Shown here piece by piece: positions 56,642 through 64,000 of a stretch of 64,000 nt of DNA; position 1 is the stretch's first letter, and every line of letters begins with the position of its first letter. Both the position numbers and the translations under genes were made by a program. Source of the stretch: Eledone cirrhosa (Eukaryota); assembly GCA_964016885.1 (NCBI GenBank), contig CAXHJY010001063.1, positions 62,001 through 126,000 of the forward strand, read 5' to 3'. The notes beneath the pieces are model-generated. The model saw only the letters and a list, made by a program, of their open reading frames with translations. It was not told the origin of the DNA and made no database searches.

Positions 56642-57878
56642 TGTGGGCCTATTTATAATTAATTCGCTGCATAGAAAAATACCTGGTGTAACCGGAGGAT
56701 TATATCGTGATGACATGCTTTTACTTATTGAAAATAATAACTCTGAACTAAATAGAAAAAGAAAACAAATTATACAATTTTTTAATTACCTTAATCTAAA
56801 AATAGAAATAGAGAATAACCATAGAATAGTCAATTTCCTAGATGTAACACTAAATCTCAACACATGTCTTCACTATCCATTTCACAACCTAAATGAAAAC
56901 TTGAATTATGTCAATTTTAACTCTAATCACACCAGATCTGTTAAAAATACTATAGTGAACTCTGTTCAAGAACGTATCTCAAGAATTTCATTTAATAAAA
57001 ATATTTTCGACGAAATAGCGCATTATTACAATGAAGCGTTAGCTAGAGCAGGATATAGTGATAAAATTATGTACATCGATAATAATAGGCAAACTAACCA
57101 ATATAACAACAATTTTAATTACGGTAACAACTTTAACAACTATAATAGAAAACATTACAATAATTCCAAAAGCCAGAAAAGAAATAGAACTTGAAATATA
57201 ATATGGTTTGCCCCCCCCCCCCCCTTCTCACTAAATATTAAAACCCACATTGCTAAACTATTTTTTAATGCTCTTGACAAACGCTTCCCTAGAACACTTA
57301 AATATCACTCAATTTTTAATAGACAGACTATAAAATTAACTTACTCGTCCACCAAAAGCTTAGCACAAAATATTAACAGAATAAATAATAGGAATCTAAA
57401 ACCTAGCCAAAATACCGATAATAGCCTAAACAATATTCAATTAAACAACTGTAACTGTAGAAATAAATCTAAATGTCCGTTAAATAACAATTGCTTAGTT
57501 AAAAATATAATATACAATTGTAATGTTAAAACTGACTTAAATTCTTTTAACTATATTGGTTCCACCTCGACAGAATTTAAACTTCGCTATAATAATCATA
57601 AGAATTCTTTCACAGATCCAGGCAAAAAATCTTCAACTTCACTTTCAGGCTTACTCTGGCAACTTAAACATGATAACGTTGGATATTCGTTGTTTTGGAA
57701 TATAGTCTCAAGAGGGATTCCTTTTAATTCCTCATCTGAGACATGTGACCTCTGCGTGGAGGAGATATTCTTTATATTAAAATCTAAAAATTCCCTTAAT
57801 CTAAGGAGCAATTTATTCAGTTGCTGCAGACATAGATTGAACTCAACGTTTAAATATAAATATAAATTTAAAATGTAG
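56642..57878 (+). pseudogene. 5'-truncated PLE ORF, family D: RT C-terminal half, Cys linker and GIY-YIG
   Basis: VGLFII...[18 protein letters not shown], a stop at 57192, a poly-C tract near 57210, then NCNCRNKSKCPLNNNCL, IIY..YIGST..F.LRY.NH and CDLC...CRHR. Confidence 0.9.
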
Positions 57879-58044
57879 TATATTTAGTTAAGATATTTAT
57901 TTAATTAATTATGAAACCTGACGATAAATCTTTCGATTCCTTCAACTTTTTCTTTTTTAAACCTTCTTCATAAATATATACTAATGATACCCTAAAATGT
58001 AGATGCTCCCAATCTATTGAATACATTTTACGCTAGATAAACTT

Positions 58045-58329
58045 CTATACTAAATATAAGAGCATCTGTAGAACAACAGGGTCTCCTAAATCTTTTAAAT
58101 GATTTCTGCTAAATAAGTCTTGTTGAAGAATTTTGGTTTTTTGTTTGCTTTTGATTCTGATTGCTTCTAATGAATTTGGCAATATATTGTCAGATAAATT
58201 GGAAGGGTTGATTTCTGTGGTTGATATGGGGGGCATACTGTGTTTTTTTAATGCCCTGGACACTCTAGGGAGTGATGAAAGTACTCTTAGCGTTTTGATA
58301 TATTGATATCTGTTGTCTATTCTATACAT
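58045..58329 (-). pseudogene. Possible decayed C-terminal fragment of a non-LTR retroelement ORF
   Basis: 94-aa ORF in non-repetitive sequence, with only loose similarity to LINE ORF2 C-termini and no diagnostic motif. Confidence 0.15.
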
Positions 58330-59202
58330 GAATGATAATCATGTATGTGAGGGCAGGAATATTAATATTAATATATATTTTTATGTATGTGTATGTATGT
58401 ATATATATATATAGTAAAATCTTTTATAACGCAAAGGAACATTTTTTCATGTGAAATAAGAAATTACAGAGTTGATCACGTATGTTCACGTGTATATCTA
58501 TAGTGTCAACTAGAACTTGAGATGACCTTCTCTTTTTCTCTTTCTTTCTTTTTCCGGAAAGTACATATATACTTATGTATTTTTGAAGTTTTATCTCAGG
58601 TTTTGGTATATCGACCTAAGAATTTTTAAACTAAACATATGGTCATTATTTTTCACACATTATATATCTACGTCTCATTCATGAATATTGATATTTACAG
58701 TATAATACCCAATTCATGAATTGATAATTCAAATTGATATGACATAACGTAAAGTTGTAAATCTCTCATCCTTCTCTCTAGATATAGCTTTCTTCTCCTC
58801 CCTCTATACATGTTGTAATTTAAGTATCACTGTTTTCTCTTTAGTTATTTTTTATTTCTCTCCGTCTCCTTAACACTATAACTAAATAAATAAATAAATA
58901 AATAATTACAGTACTCCCTCCTAAATCTCTCAATTTGTATGATGAATTATTATTATTATTCATCTGTGACCTCAGCTGCCTCTCATTTTTCACCTTCTCA
59001 CTATTTTTCTCTCTCCCATACCTCTATCTATCTCTCTCTGTTTTTCTTTACATACATTTATTCCTTCTCTCCGTCTTTCTTTCTAACTGTGCTTAACACT
59101 AAATATTTACAAACATTTCACTACCAAACCAACTTTTTTAAATGGAAGTTGATCAATATTTTATGGTACGTCAAATTTATTTATAAAACTGCTTATATAT
59201 TG

Positions 59203-59268
59203 TATTTTATCTGAAGAAGGCATGCCATATCTTTAATATGGTATCCCTGAAATATGTATAATGAAATA
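59203..59268 (+). ncRNA. Minimal type-I hammerhead ribozyme, family D
   Basis: TATTTTAT-CTGAAGA-AGGcATGCCATAT.cttta.ATATGGTATcCCT-GAAA-TATGTA-TA|ATGAAATA. It lies ~1.3 kb downstream of the family D ORF, just before (TA)n. Confidence 0.85.
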
Positions 59269-59309
59269 AATATGGTTTTATAAATATAGTTTCCATTTGT
59301 TTAATATCG

Positions 59310-60810
<1,501 letters not shown>

Positions 60811-62781
60811 CCTCCAAAACAACATAATGTCCCTCATCAACAATCAGAGAAGAGCTGAAGAGGCCTGGGCCATTGAGAAGATCAAACTCAATCCCAAAGT
60901 GTTCTTTTCATTTGCAAAAAACACAAAATCACTGGCTCTACTGTTGGCCCTCTAATTGATGAAAATGGCACTCTTCAAGACAATGCTAAAACCATGGGTG
61001 AGATACTGCAGAAACAATACTGCTCTGTTTTCAGCAATCCTGATATGGCCGATCTGGGCTGTATCGGCGATGTTACTCCCCATTACACCTTATCGGACAT
61101 AACGTTTGGCGCCCCTGATGTCTTGGCGGCAATAAAGGAAATCAAGCATAATTCAGCAGTAGGTCCCGATAGGTTCCCTGCTTGTGTCTTGAAGGCGTGT
61201 CAACACCAACTTGCATCTCCTCTTGCCAATCTGTGGCGGAACTCACTGGATGCTGGATATGTGCCAGAAAACCTTCTATCCCAGTCTGTTGTCCCAGTTT
61301 TCAAAAAGGGAAACAAATCCCTTGCCGTGAATTACCGTCCAATCTCACTCACCACTCATATCATTAAGGTATTTGAGAGAGTGGTGAGATCGCGAATGAC
61401 CCACTTCCTTGAGAGTAACAATATGCTGAACTCCAACCAGCATGGATTCCGTAATGGAAGGGATTGCCTGACGCAGCTACTGCATCACTTTGATGACATT
61501 TTGAGAGCCTTGGGAGAGGGTTCCAACACTGATGTTATCTACCTTGATTTCAGCAAGGCCTTTGACAGGGTTGATCATAACATTCTACTGAGAAAGCTGT
61601 CCAATATTGGTGTCACTGGAAAGCTGCTGCAGTGGATCAAGAGCTTCCTGTCGAACAGAACCCAACATGTTGTAGTTGAGGGAGTCAAATCAAGCCCAGC
61701 CAAAGTCAGTAGTGGGGTCCCACAAGGCACTGTGTTGGGCCCACTTCTCTTCATCATCTATATTAATGACATCACTGACATCATCAAACACAGCAACATT
61801 AACATTTTCGCTAATGATTCCAAGCTCCAAAAGGTCATCAATGGCGTGGATGACCGGATAAGCCTTCAGTCAGACCTACTGGCTGTTACCCAATGGGCGG
61901 AAAAGAACAACATGTTACTGAACGAAGACAAATTCGAACTGATCCACTTTGGAAAAGAGGATGCTCTGAAACTCCCGTACTCCGTTCCCTCCGGGGAAAC
62001 TCTCGTGGAATCTAACAACATCAGAGACTTGGGAGTAACTGTAGACAGCAACATAAGCTGGACCACGCATATAAGCAGCAAAGTTGACATGGCCCGCAGA
62101 ATGTGTTCCTGGATCCTCAGAACCTTCCAGTCGAGAGATTCCCGCACCATTATCCTTCTCTTCTCTACTTTTGCCCGACCACACCTTGAATACTGTTGTC
62201 CACTGTGGTCTCCCCACACGAAACAAAGTATCATGAAACTTGAAGCTCCTCAAAGGGCAATCACGAAAAAGATAGATGGCATGTCAGACCTTGACTACTG
62301 GGGCCGATTAGAAAACCTGAAACTTTACTCACTCCAACGTCGCCGTGAGCGTTATATTATCTGCATGATGTGGAAAATGTTCCATCATCACTGCCCAAAT
62401 GATGTTGGCATCGCCTTCAAGATACACCCAAGGCTTGGGCCCCGTGCTATCCGTCCCATTCAAAAATCTAAATCGCAACTCATAACAACAATACGGCACA
62501 ATTATTTCACCTCAATCGGCCCTGCTCTCTTCAACATCACACCAGGACACGTCAAAACAGAAACTGACCACACAAAATTCAAGAAGTCTTTGGACAAATT
62601 CCTCCAAGTAATCCCGGACAAACCACCCACACCCGGATATGTCTCCGCAAACAGTAATTCTCTTCTCGAATGGGCCATGGTGCCCAAATCCTGAATTGAA
62701 AGACTTCGCCAGGTGGTGCTATTAAGTTAGACATGGCCTGGGCCAATACTGGCCAAAACATTTCAAAGTTATTCAAAGTTA
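60811..62781 (+). mobile_element. 5'-truncated CR1-group LINE
   Basis: [12 protein letters not shown] / frameshift / [23 protein letters not shown] is followed by RT. The short 3' UTR ends in ttcaaagtta twice. Confidence 0.9.
60994..62694 (+). pseudogene. CR1-type reverse transcriptase (566-aa open stretch, catalytic motif FAND)
   Basis: NYRPISLT, NQHGFR, YLDFSKAFDRVDH, SGVPQGTVLGPLLF, FANDSK (D to N), RDLGV, RPHLEYC..WSP. The endonuclease domain is absent. Confidence 0.9.
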
Positions 62782-62893
62782 TATATATATACATACATAT
62801 ATATATACATATATATATACATATATATATACATATATATATAAATATATATATATAAGTACATATATATATATATATATGTGTGTCTGTGTG

Positions 62894-62924
<31 letters not shown>

Positions 62925-62933
62925 ATATATATA

Positions 62934-63545
62934 TGGTGGCTGCCAACTCGTTTTCGAGTACGGCCACTACTTTATATCCATGTAGGAGAACCCCTACCGA
63001 TGCGCTGAACGAGTGACTTTTTAGTCCAGCCAGCGACTTGAAAACTCTGGTACAAACACTACACCTGTGACAATTATTGACACATAGTGCTGGGCCCATG
63101 GTACCATGTGACGACAAGTGCAGAGAGATCTCCAGATATAAAGCAATGCCTGTGCCGTGAAGCTTTTATAGTGAGCAAAGGCACTGCACAAAGCCAGTCC
63201 CACTCTCTTAACCAAGATGATATTTACCAAAAAGAAGAACAAGTCAACATCATTGGATACCATCAGGGTTGCAGGTGTTATATCAGAGTTTTCCTTCTCC
63301 TAGAATTCTGCCTTGACAAAGGCTAAGGGGTCATCTCTCCCGGTGATTTTGGATGGCCATTGACTCTTAAGAGCTCCTTTGCCCTTTGACAGGTTTTGTT
63401 TTTAGTCCTGCAGGATGTCCAAAGTCACCCTCCTCACCAAGAAACCTTGGTGGGGTTGCCAGTTTAGTCGCCAACGACCCGACCATGAGACAGGTTGTAC
63501 TGGGATACATGTTACCAGTAGCACCAACTGGTGACCTGACATAAT
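62934..63545 (-). mobile_element. Bipartite RTE-derived non-autonomous element, copy 3 (longest, ~610 bp)
   Basis: The minus strand has an RTE-5'UTR-like motif CTAGGAGAAGGAAAACTCTGA joined to a C2H2-finger 3' end and an (AT)n tail, with no RT between them. Confidence 0.75.
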
Positions 63546-63574
63546 ATATATATATACATATATATATACATACA

Positions 63575-63774
63575 TTGCACTCAGTGCTCCTTTGGGAGCC
63601 ATTACATGGACACACTAGAAGAGGAAGACCAAGGTTAACATATGTTGATGCCCTAAGGACGGACACTGGTCTGTTTGAGATGCAGGATGTGGCAGCGGTG
63701 ATGAGGGACAGAGACTGCTGGAGAGAGCTCGTCCATGGATCTCGGATGTTTTACCCGCCTTAGATAGATAGATA
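63575..63774 (+). mobile_element. Extreme 3' fragment of an RTE-group LINE with a (TAGA)n tail
   Basis: [23 protein letters not shown]......M.DR..WR is followed by tagatagatagata. Confidence 0.82.
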
Positions 63775-63796
63775 TACATACATATATATATATATA

Positions 63797-63864
<68 letters not shown>

Positions 63865-63890
63865 TATATACATACATATATATATATAAA

Positions 63891-63937
<47 letters not shown>

Positions 63938-64000
63938 ATACATATATATATATATATACAGAGTATGTAGATAAATCTACCAAAAGTTTACGGTAGTGTC

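Noticed and set aside
57192-57194. In-frame TGA in the family D PLE as a possible selenocysteine codon, since some Naiad PLEs recode UGA
   Set aside because: It aligns to an Arg position (RRRN..F.PPF), consistent with CGA-to-TGA decay rather than a Cys site. No SECIS was recognised, and the intact ORF has no in-frame TGA.

Overview
Eukaryotic, AT-rich, repeat-dominated window with no recognisable host gene. The repeat landscape suggests a cephalopod such as Octopus (inference only). Positions 1-28.9 kb are tandem repeats: 61/65-bp arrays, a ~26.6-kb 28-bp satellite with internal higher-order duplications, and a 22-bp minisatellite. Positions 29-64 kb are (TA/TATACA)n tracts filled with retroelements: a disrupted RTE LINE with a PHD finger, tRNA-type SINEs, a 51-bp minisatellite, a CR1-type LINE and three copies of a bipartite RTE-derived element. 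The main finding is a cluster of Penelope-like elements (PLEs). One PLE is apparently intact (819-aa RT + GIY-YIG ORF, with direct and inverted pseudo-LTRs). Reading the pLTR sequences by hand gives eight minimal type-I hammerhead ribozyme motifs from four sequence families, including a CCGAAGA core variant that brackets the intact ORF. A possible HDV-like ribozyme sits at the 5' end of the bipartite RTE element. Most ORFs in the supplied track are microsatellite artefacts.
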